Source of the DNA: Psammoneis japonica
Taxonomy: Eukaryota
Reading direction: 5' to 3'
Assembly: GCA_008632985.1 (NCBI GenBank)
Contig: QPGO01000031.1
Coordinates: 496,001 to 560,000 of the forward strand
Length of the DNA stretch: 64,000 nt
The first letter of the stretch is position 1. Every line of letters starts with the position of its first letter. The translations under genes were made by a program, and so were the position numbers. The notes below the pieces were generated by a model. That model had not been told where the DNA came from and ran no database searches. It worked only from the letters and a program-made list of their open reading frames with translations. Shown one piece after another: positions 52,401 through 62,805 of the stretch.

Positions 52401-53783
52401 AAGTGCCAGATCAATTCAAGACTGGCAGAATCCACATGTGCTGAGACTCAGCAATTGTGTCAATGTCCTGCACTTTGAGGTCAGTTTGACCAACCCTGCA
52501 GGTTGTCAAAGCCCATCATGAGAATGGGTCCAATGCCAGGTTCCATTCAAACCACCCACCCAAAATCCAACTCTGTTTGCATGGCTGCATCAACTGCACA
52601 AATTCCCTTTTCTCATGTTGAGATTGAAGCACATCAATCAGTTTTGACAAAACAGATGTGGTGCATGTAAAATCACATGTGAGCTGCACGTCATCCAGTG
52701 CGAAAAGCATGCCCCGAAGCACCGAGTGAACAAAGTGCCCTGTGGTTGCATGCACTGGGGATGAGACCAAAGAAATCTTGCAACATTGTGCCACTTTTCC
52801 AGAAGTGAGATCCACATCTGAGGAACTGCTTGATGCCCAACTGCCAATGACAAAGCACAAAAACCTGTCCCAAGTTGATTGCGGGGTAAATTCTTCAGTC
52901 CCTCAAGTCGATGAATTGGACAATGAGCCAGCTTGACCCAACTCATGCTCTGGCCACATCTGGTCACTCTGGTGTGACAAGGAAACCCTGGCAACCTGGG
53001 CTGAACCCTCCCCCCAAGGGGAAAGGGAGCTGGATGTGATGGACAACTGGTCTTCACAGATGTCGTGGAGGATCATCCCCACAAGTTCACCTCATTTCAT
53101 GCCACCACACATGATCTCAGTTGTGAGATCCACCGGATTGCATTCCAAAACAAATGTGCCCAGTGAGTGACTCACCCATTGCCATGGACTCACTCATGTC
53201 ATGGCGGCAAATGGAGCTTGACTTCTTCTTCAAAGCAGACTCCAGACTTTGCCTGTTGTGGACAACTGACATGTTGTCCCCACAGATGCAGGGTGGCCAG
53301 ATGATGGCACACCCATCATCCTTGACTTGTGTTGCAGGCCATGCAACGGCTCCATGCCCTGCTTCATGGCTGCAAACTTGGCTCCAAAACCAGGGTTTCA
53401 ACTGCAATGTGCGCTTTGAAAACCACATCATCAAGGCCATGTTTGCGCAGATGAAGAAGCCGGTGTGTGAGCGCCTTGTCAACTTGTCATTCGCATGATC
53501 CAAGTCAACAAACAAGTGCAGATCAACCTCCAAGCTGGAGGTTCTGGCGCACTGGGTGGGATTGTTTCTTGCACATCCCCGCAAAATGACTTCCAGCCAC
53601 ATTCCTTGAAGTCAGACGTGTCAATGTCTGGGTGTGTCAGGCTGAACAATCTGGCATTGTGTCTTGCCTTGAGGTGCCCACAGACATGGAAAACAGCCTC
53701 AAGATGACCCTCCCTGGGCATGGCAAGAAACAAGGCAAGCTCAGAAACCTCCATCATCAGATTGATGTGTCCAAGCTCCGCTG

Positions 53784-54230
53784 TGCAGCATGCATGCAGA
53801 CAAAAGGTCATTTTTGTCACACCCTTTGTGACATTTAAAGGCTGCAACACGTCGCCGTGATGCATTGACTCTTGTCAGCAGCTGTGTGTTGCACTCCTCC
53901 CCATGCATCACGCGTCCATGCGGCTCTTTACTGACGTGCACTGACACTGCACGGTTTTGGCGGAACAGTGTGGGCACGTGCGAAGGAACACGCAGAACTG
54001 CACAGAGTTTTGCGCGTTCGACAGTGATCAACGTTGCTGCAGGCAACTCCCACTCAGGGTTTCGAACCCCTGGCCTCCTGCCCAATGGTTGCGATGAACC
54101 ACTCCGCCATGAATTCACAGTGCAGCATGCATGCAGACAAAAGGACATTTTTGTCACGCCCTTTGTGACATTTAAAGGCTGCAACACGTCGCCGTGACAC
54201 ATTGACTCTCATCAGCAGCTGTGTGTTGCA
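53784..54230 (-). mobile_element. TRIM (miniature LTR element): 110-bp LTRs, 227-bp interior, 4-bp TSD GCTG
   Basis: TG...CA direct repeats at 53784-53893 and 54121-54230; GCTG at 53780-53783 and 54231-54234; PPT ggggaggag on the minus strand next to the left LTR. Excision restores the Copia RT frame GVLQWTAELGH. Confidence 0.9.
54045..54116 (-). ncRNA. tRNA-derived segment with Pol III A and B boxes inside the TRIM
   Basis: A box TGGCGGAGTGG (54109-54099), D-stem GCGG/TCGC, GGAGGC variable-loop-like segment, B box GGTTCGAAACC (54068-54058); anticodon arm shortened. Confidence 0.7.
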
Positions 54231-57099
54231 GCTGTCCATTGCAGGACACCTGCCTGCAACTGGCAGAACGGGACTTTGTCTGCTTCTGGCTCAGGCAATG
54301 CATCCAACTTGGGGCGGCAATCCTGTGGAAGTGGATGATGCCCAACATGGCAATGTCTGTCCAGGGTGGCATTCGTCCAGACGCGCCTTGACATTCTTGA
54401 CAGCCTGCTGGGTGCACTTGCTGGAGCTCATGTCCCATGCACAAATGCCGTTTGGCATCTGCACCTCTCGGATCTTGGCACCCAGACACATCTCAGGGTC
54501 GCCGATTGAACCAGGCTTCATCTTGAAGCAATGGCCCAACTCCTTGAGTGCCCTTGTGGCATCGCGGTGTGCCATTGGTGCATGTCTGCATGGAGCAGTG
54601 CACGTGCACAGTGTCAGAGGAACCTGTCCTTGGGCCGGACCATCTCCCCAAGCCACACATCGGGATCAGCCAAGCAAGGCTTCCACCCAAGGTGTTGCAT
54701 GCCTTCCTGCATCATGGCCAAACTCTGGGCCTGTGGTCACAGCAATCTTCTCACCATCTGCCTTGACCTCCAAATCATTCAGAGCAACCAGAGTGAAGGC
54801 AATCCTTGCACTCTTGCACGATGCGACACTTGCACATGTCAAGGTTGTGGGAGCATTGGCGGTGTGTCCACCAGCTGTGCAGCATGCCTTGTGCTCAAAG
54901 TCCTGCAGCTTTGTGTCAAAGACCAAGTGACACTTGACATGCTGGCATCCAACCAGTTCCTTGCCATCATCAATGATCTCAAATGCCTTGTCAATGATGC
55001 CCATCTCCTTGTTTGTGGCATCTTGCCTCAGACGTTTGTTGTTTGCCTTGTTGATCTTGACAGCCTCATCTCATGTCTTGGGAATGTGTGTCCTGGTTCA
55101 TCCTCAATTGACTGGGCTCCAGCACACTCAGCCAACTTGACAGGATTGGATTCCTTCAAGTCTGCAAGGTGTTCCCAAGTGGTGGTTCCATCTTTCCAAC
55201 AAACACAAAGGTGCCATCCTTTGGTCATCTCATGCATCATGGTTTGGCATCCTCTGCTGTCCTGTGGGAAGGCGTCATCCTTCTGGACTGCATGCCCATC
55301 AGTCTTGTGATCAATGATTGCTTCCAGCGGCCTTTGTTGTTGCATTGTGCAAAAATGTTCTTGGCTGTGATGTTGGCCATGAACTCTGCTTCCTGTCCAT
55401 CAGGAAATTCGACCTCATGTGTGCAAGTGTCCAGGATGGGATTGGCACTGGCTCCACCCATCAGTGTTCCATCTGAATCGAGCTTGCGCTGTTTGACTGT
55501 TCCAGTTTGTTGGGTGTCCCCATGAGGCAGCAACAGCACCTCTGAGTTTACACAGACATCAAAGGCAGCATTGGGAATGTCATCCTCATTGGGTGCACTC
55601 GCAGGAGCATCCTGGTCTTCATCATCCTCGTGCAGATCAAAGGCAGGAATCACTGCATTGGGGTCATTGATGTCTCCAACTGTCACACCTGGACCTGGCT
55701 TGGCCTCCATTGGCCCATCAAATTTCTCACACAATGCCACATGCATCTGGTGGTGCTGTTCCTCTGGGCTCAAGGGTCAACAGGATGAATGGTGGACAAC
55801 TTGTCCATTGTCTTTCAGTGTCATGGTGGGACCCACATCTTGACTCGGACCATGGTGCTGATGCCCTGGGACTTCCTTGTCCTCAGGGAATGAGGCTGCA
55901 GTGCCCCTGAACATGACCCATCACACCAAAAGTCACACCAGCCAAACTCACACATGTGCAAAATGTTGGCTGTCTGTCTGGACAGCGTGGTTTCTGGAAC
56001 CTCTCCATCTAACTTGCAAATGTCGTGGATGATGTTGGATTGGATGAGAGCTTCAAGCTCAAGACAATCATTCCAAAGACTTTTTGGGGGCTTGAGTCTT
56101 CACCATTTTTTGTCTGACACCCCGCATGAGTTCACAAACAGTGCCCTCAGCGAAGTTGGACCATGGGGTGTGGGGTTCAGTCTGCTTGATGTGGCAGTCA
56201 GCCTCGCTGGCCTTCTTGCTGAACTGACCCAATGTCCACTCCTTTGCCCCATCCATGATCATTGTGTGGGGTGCACCATTTTGCATGAAGAGCAAGGACA
56301 GAGCCTCATGAGACAATCCTTTAGATCTCAGGGGACAAGCCCATGCCCAACCATTGGACATGCCAAAGAAGACTTGTGTGCAGTTGTTGCCCCTTCTTGA
56401 TTCAGTTGAGGAGATCAAGGTGTCAGAGCACATCTCCTTTGCAATGCGCCTGTGTCGCAACTGTTGGTCGTTGGTCCAAAACCTTCACAACAGTTGGATG
56501 GAGGACCATTCGCATGGCATGCTGCATTGTGACTTTGACAGCATTGTCAGTGTCCAATGCTGACAGACCAATTCTTGGCCAACCATTCTGCATCAACGTG
56601 CAGTCCCCGCTTCATTGTCTTGAGTGAAGAGAAACTGATTGAGGCTGGCAGCGTGCAGTCATTGCATGCATGCATGATGTCTCAAAGTGGCTGATTCCCC
56701 AGATGGTCTGAGGTCTTTTGAGCTGTGGTGCATGAGAGCTTTGTGCTCATGATTTGAGTCTGAGGACACGCATCATCCCCAGTCTCAGGCATGCATCCAA
56801 GAGAGTCCATCATGGAATCCTCTCTGGCTTGGAAATTGGCAGTTTGTGGGTCCCATTTGGGGGACTTGCATGCAAGTTCTGCTGCCGTGCCATCTTGCAT
56901 GGCTGCTGCTTCACACTCTGAAGCTGTGGGTTTGGAGGTGGGAAAGCAGCTTGTGATGCCATGCAACTCCAATGGAATCAGGAGTTTGTCCCCATTTGCA
57001 CCAGTCAACATCACCGCATGTGACTTGCTGTCAGGCTTTGTCAGTGGAAATTTTGGTTGCAGATTGACCCCTGCATCATTCAGCCACAGCTGCACAGGA

Positions 57100-57990
57100 T
57101 CCTTTCTACCAGATTTGAGGTTGCCATTCTTGTCATGCCAGTTGTTCATCATCATGTCCTTCAATGACTGAAAGTTGGAGTGGCTGCACTTCTGCTTGAT
57201 GGCAGGCCACTGTGTTGGTTCCTTGGACTTGCAGCATTGTCCTGCTGGTCCTTGACATGGGCAGCAATGGCTGAGACTGTGCTGGTGAGGACCTTGACCT
57301 GCTTGGTGTTGTCCACAGCAGACGTTGTGTCCTGGGTCCCACGGGCATCTCACAGAGACTTGAGCTTCTTCTGCACCTTTGGGTTCAAGGTGCGGGATGT
57401 GCACAGCCTGGTGGACTGCCAGGATGCACAGGTGGCCCAAAGTGGGATCCGCACATGCAACAGCTCCACTGATGGTGCGCAGACTCTTGCTGGTGCCCTT
57501 TTTTGGGTTGCAACCTGTGACATCTGCTGGACAACCATGGTCAAGTGTAGTTGAAGCATGCTTGCCTGGTGTGCTCATGTCTGCATGACTGTCAATCTCA
57601 GCACAAGCTTCAGTGTGCACAGCATCCCTCGTGGTTGTTTGAGTGATGTGCAGGGCTCAAAGTGGACTGAGACACAGGGTTGGAGAGGATCAGCATTCCT
57701 TCTCCTTTCTGCCAGATTTGAGGTTGCGATTCTTGTCATGCTGGTTGTTCGTCATCGTGTCCTTCAATGACTGAAAGTTGGAGCAGCTGCACTTCTGCTT
57801 GATGGCAGGCCACTGTGTTGGTTCCTTGGACTTGCTTGCAGCATCATCCTGCTGGTCCTTGACATGGGCAGCAATGGCTGAGACTGTGCTGGTGAGCACC
57901 TTGATCTGCTTGGTCTTGTCCACAGCAGACATTGTGTCCTGGGTCCCACGGGCATCTCACAGAGACTTGAGCTTCTTCTGCGCCTTTGGG
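57100..57990. repeat. ~280-bp internal direct duplication within the Copia (57100-57383 and 57703-57990)
   Basis: Near-identical ccagatttgaggttgc.attcttgtcatgc...cacagagacttgagcttcttctgc.cctttggg in both copies. Confidence 0.9.
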
Positions 57991-60228
57991 GACATTGGCT
58001 TGCACTCCCTGTCAGAGCAGCACTTGTCCTTGACGTCTTGTTCATGAACGATGTCATCACATTGGCATTTGGCAGCCTTCAAGAAGGCAGCAATGCAAAG
58101 CTTCTTGTTTTCATTGTCTGGCTTGGACTGCTTGATGAAGTCTTTGTGCAAGACAACACACCCATCAAAGTTGCTGTGCAGCATCATGCTGGTCATGATC
58201 TGGGCTTTGATGGAGTCAAGGGGGACACATTCTTGATGCTCTCTAGAAGGTGGCGCACCTTGGAGTGTTCGTCAATTCCAGCACAGCCGTGCTCTTTGAG
58301 GCCCTCAATTGCAGAGTGCTGTTCAATGTGAACATGCACTGGGCACTCAAAGTTCCAGCTTTGGCACTCATGGTGGTGGGAAAGAAGTGCTGAGTGCTTT
58401 TCAGCCACATTGGCCATGTTGTCTGTGTTGTTTGGACCCAAGAAGTGGTTGTGCAGGTTCAGCAGGTGGGCCGTCCTGCTGTCCTGACCATGCTGAGCCT
58501 TCTTGACATGTGCCCAACATGCAGATGTTCCCGCATGATTCCGGCAACAATCTCCACACCTTGATGTCATTGGTGGTGAATGTTTTGGTGGGTTGCGGGT
58601 CAGCCCCAGCAGTGAAGTGGGGGGCACAGGCCATCATCTCAGCACGGGCATTGGCATGGTTCTTGGCATCGTCGTCCGCCTCCAGCATCACCGCCTGATT
58701 CTCTTGGACCAGCATGCAGTGACAGTGGGCAGGGTGTTGGGGTTCTCATGGGTGGTCTCCACCACATGGAGGTGGCGGTGCCCCCCGACATGCTCAAGAA
58801 GAGTGATGTCAATTGCGCGCAATGCCAGTGAGATGCACTTGCAATGACTGGCAGTGAAAGCTGCGAGATTGAGATTTGTCTCAGCCTGCAGCAACACACG
58901 GTCATCCCCAGGTTGGGTTGTGGATTTACTCCACCACCCGCTGCACCTCCTGGGCAATGCATGACCTTGCATGGGGTCTTGACCTCATGGTCATCAAGAT
59001 GATGCAGTTCCTTGATGGTGTTGATTCCCTGGTCAGCAGCAAGGGCCGCTGACGCTTCATTCGTGAAGCTCAGTCTGTGGTGTGCAGAATGCATGGCTGC
59101 AACGTTTCGGGCTGTTGTCAATGGCTTGGTGGTTTGATGATGACAAAAACTTGGTTCACACAAGTTGTGCGGTTCTCACATGAAAAGTGAGCAAGTTGCA
59201 CGAAGTTTGCATCACTTTTTCATTGTCACATTTGCTCCATCAGTTCATCTGATCAATGTGTCTGGAGATTGGATTCCAATGTTGTGTCTGCATGTCACAA
59301 TGCATGAACATCATGCAGACTGGAGTGCCAACTCTCATTGGACATGCATGATCACACACCAATGCATGCCATTGTTCCCAAAGGTCAGCTTGACCCACAG
59401 CAAGTGTGCAACACAGTTGTTGTGGATTGTGTCACGTGAACACATTCGCAATGGATGTGTGTGTGACTCACTCAGTGATTTCAAATGGCTCATGCATCTG
59501 CCTCTGAGATGACTTTGGCATGGAAATGGTGTCCCAAATCCATCAATTTGCACTCTGTGTTCGCGCATGTGCGCCATGAAAAACATCAGAACAGACGATG
59601 CTGCAGTTGTCAACAAGCACCGGAACTCGCACCAACTCTGGGAGTGTGAAACTCATCAAGCATGAATGCTTCTTGCATTTGCAGATGTTTGCACATCATC
59701 CCTGACTCATGTGGAATGTTTTGTCTTTGTTGCGGTGCATCGCAAGCACAGCACTCATTGTCACTGTCGCTGCACATGGCAACGGCTCTGACAAAGTGAA
59801 CAAATTACCCTGTGGTCGCGTGCACCGGGGACAAGACTAAAAGAAAGCTTGTGACATCATGCCACTTTTCTAGAAGTGAGATCTACATCTGAGGAACTGC
59901 TCGACGCGACGCCCAATCGCCAATGACAAAGCACAAAAACCTAACCCGAGTTGATCGCGGGGTAAATTCTTCGAGAGCGAGAGATGGCGAGCGTCGGATC
60001 AAATTCGAGCTCGTGAAAACACCGCATGCAGTGGTATCCGCGTTCATCGTTCTTCAAGTTTTGCTTGGGGTGACCTTTCGATCCGCAACACTCTCACTCG
60101 TGTTGCCCACCTTCAAGCTGGCTGTTCGTTGACTTCCTTCTCATTAATCAGAGCATCAAACTCTCTCTTTTATCCAGCAAGTGTGGTGTGACCACATCTC
60201 TCTCTCTCTTTCTAAAACTGTTTGACCC

Positions 60229-62805
60229 ATGATGAACAGTTCCATCGACGACGATGACAAAGTTCGCGGCAGCGCCAAGAGCGGCAGCTTGAAGGACGAC
60301 GAAAAGGAGAAGCAACTGGAAGAATTTGAAGAAACAATTCCAGCGGGAGAATCCCCCGCTTCTTCTCATGACAAAAAGAAGAAGCGGCAAACTGCCCATT
60401 CCCGCCGTCAAGAGCAGCAACAAGCAGAAGAAAACTTTGCGGTCGAAGAACAAAAAGAGGAAGAACGAGAACACCTCGTCGCTGCGGATGATGCTGATCA
60501 AGACACCGGCGCCTTGTCTTCATCTGATAATGCAGATGCTGCTGGAGCCGCTGGAGCTTTTGCCATCAGTCAAGGAGGAAGAGAGGTTCGAAGAGGAAGG
60601 AACGCTGACTACAATGTTTCGCTCTTGTCAATGCTTGACACGATACGGTCCGATGATCCAACGCCTCCTCCTCAAGATCAAGAGCAGTCTGCTCACACTG
60701 ACAATGGCGACACTCCACTCGTCGTAGCTCAATTGGCAGAGGAAGCGGAGGATGTCACAGCTCTTCGGCAAGAATTTGCTCGTCTCGAAGCAGGAATTCA
60801 CCAGGCACAAGTTGTAGAGGGGGTTCCCGCGGATGACAATGGTGTTGGTGGGCAGAATGATCAAGCAAAGGAAACAACACGAGTTGGGAAAGATGATGAG
60901 AACTCTGAAGAGGAGCTTCGTTACAAGCGCCGTAAATGGTTCATTGTTCTGGGCGTTGTAGTGTTGGCCATTGCAGCGATTGTCGGGATTGCTGTTGGCG
61001 TATCTTCTGGTGGTAGCGGCGACAACAGCAGCGGTGCTCCAGGTACCACTACGTCCAGTAAAGAAGCTTCTGGGTTGGTAATGAATTTGGTTGGCATCAG
61101 CAACGAGTTTGATGAAGACGACTCTGAATTATGGGCCACCGCAACCAAGGCATTTGTCGAGAATTATTACAACACTCGTCGTCGTCGTCGTGGCCTAGTC
61201 GGTCTCCCGCTCCGGATTTTACAAGTGTCAAATGTACAGGATGTCGTGACGACGATTCAAGTTACCAACACTGCTGTGGTCCAAGATGGCAATGGCGGAG
61301 AACCCTCCATTCAAATCGTGTACAACCAAGCCGTTACATATGCTCTTGACAGTAGCGGCAAAGATGTTTCCATGGATGTAATTGCGACCGAGCCATTCAA
61401 GACATCAGCTCTGAGGTTGGCCTATGTGAATGACCTCCAGTCGGCAGGTGAAAATGTAGGAAGCGATACTTTTGACAATTTGATTGGTGCGAGTGAAGTG
61501 TCAACAAGTACATCTAATCCAACGCCATCACCCACCAACAGCATTCCCGTCACAGAACCACCAACGCAAGATCCCATTACAGAACCGCCGACTGCAGTCA
61601 TTCCGACCAATTGGAATCCTCTTGGGCAAATCTTAAATGGCAAAGCTGACGAAGATTATTTTGGACAATCCGTCTCCTTGTCTCATGATGGTAGTGTCAT
61701 GGCTATCGGAGCAGATCAAGTGGACTCTTCCAACCCCGGCTATGTTGTTGTGCAACGATACAATCAAACTACCCGACAATGGACACAAATTGGCCAAGAC
61801 ATGATTGGACAAGCCGGCGGGGACAGTTATGGAAAGTCTGTTTCGTTAAATGGCAACGGTACAATTCTTGCTGTTGGAGCTGTATGGAATGACAGTGGCG
61901 GAGAAGATGCCGGTCATGTACGCGTGTTTTCCTACAACTCTTTCTTGGATCGTTGGGTTCAACTCGGTAGTGATATTGTTGGAGAAGGCGCTGGTGATTG
62001 GTCTGGTTTCTCCGTCTCGCTCTCGGACGCTGGAGACATTCTTGCCGTGGGAGCGCAGGGCGATGATACGGAAAATGGCGATGTTTCTGGATCCGCTCGC
62101 TTGTTTCAATATGACCACCATACATCCTCCTGGGTGCAGCTTGGGCAGAAACTAATTGGACAAGCCGCCGGAGATCTCTTTGGCATTTCCGTTTCCTTGA
62201 ATGCGCAGGGGACCATTGTTGGCGTTGGAGCAGATGATAATGATTCGGGTGGAGTCGATGCAGGGCAGGTTTCGGTGTATTAATACAATTCTTCTTCCTC
62301 AACATGGGATCCATTGGGTGATCCAATCAATGGACGAGTTGCTGAAGGTTGGTTTGGGTATTCTGTTTCTCTTGATGACAGCGGTTTGATCTTGGCCGTG
62401 GGTGCGTATGGAGTTGACGAGAGGGTTCTTGTCTATTCGTACGACCGTGCGACGTCTAAATGGAATCAACGTGGGCAAACTCTACTCACGCAACAGCCAA
62501 GCAATGATTTTGGTTTATCGGTGTCGTTGAGTGGAAATGGAAACGTCTTGGCGGTTGGAAGTGATTCGCATGACGACAATGGAATGATCGACATGGGCCA
62601 AGTTCGAATCTTTCAATACGACACCACGACATCCAAATGGAATCAAGTCGGAGATCCCTTGAACGGTGAGTCTGAAGATGATGAATTTGGACGGTCCGTG
62701 TCCTTGTCGTCAGACGGGAGGGTCGTTGGAGTTGGTGTACCTGGGGCCTACGTCAATGGCTCGGATTCCGGATCCGCGTATGCATTCACATTAAATAACA
62801 ATTAG
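60229..62805 (+). CDS. Single-pass membrane protein with Pro/Thr linker and FG-GAP-like beta-propeller repeats; in-frame TAA at 62281-62283
   Basis: KRRKWFIVLGVVVLAIAAIVGIAVGV transmembrane helix, PTPSPT linker and seven G.SVSL..G.(I/V)(L/V)A(V/I)G repeats; the downstream ORF continues in the same frame. Confidence 0.8.

Larger units (their letters stand above)
37240..59973. mobile_element. TpA/CpG-depleted degenerate repeat block C (~22.7 kb)
   Basis: TA almost absent; contains LINE, Tc1-like, Copia and TRIM remnants. Confidence 0.85.
52725..59973 (-). mobile_element. Degenerate Ty1/Copia LTR retrotransposon (CoDi-like)
   Basis: Minus-strand order: gag (HNHFLGPNN, WNFE), protease (EIDSHAD), integrase (SRRGNN..QVF, HEALSLLF, DGAKE), WKDGTTTWEHL.DLKESNP, RT (HLVFD.K, MPREGHLE), RNase H (DHANDKLTRRS.TG, GDNMSV). 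Shared LTR segments 52725-52897 and 59795-59973; PPT-like cttgagggac abuts TGAAGAA. Full LTR extent not resolved. Confidence 0.92.

Noticed and set aside
54045..54116. Functional tRNA gene
   Set aside because: The anticodon arm is too short and the acceptor stem pairs poorly; kept only as tRNA-derived.
4080..59973. Many long Cys/His-rich ORFs in all six frames of the repeat blocks (e.g. 4299-5258, 9689-10591, 16077-16847)
   Set aside because: Loss of TpA removes TAA/TAG stops and Tyr codons, creating spurious ORFs. They are not treated as genes or as evidence of an alternative genetic code.
37240..59973. Classical fungal RIP or plain CpG methylation as the full explanation
   Set aside because: RIP raises TpA, and CpG decay does not remove TpA; both conflict with the TA-to-TG/CA changes seen.
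37240..59973. ADAR editing of retroelement RNA
   Set aside because: Changes occur on both strands, differ between LTRs of one insertion, affect DNA transposons, and TAG contexts tend to survive.
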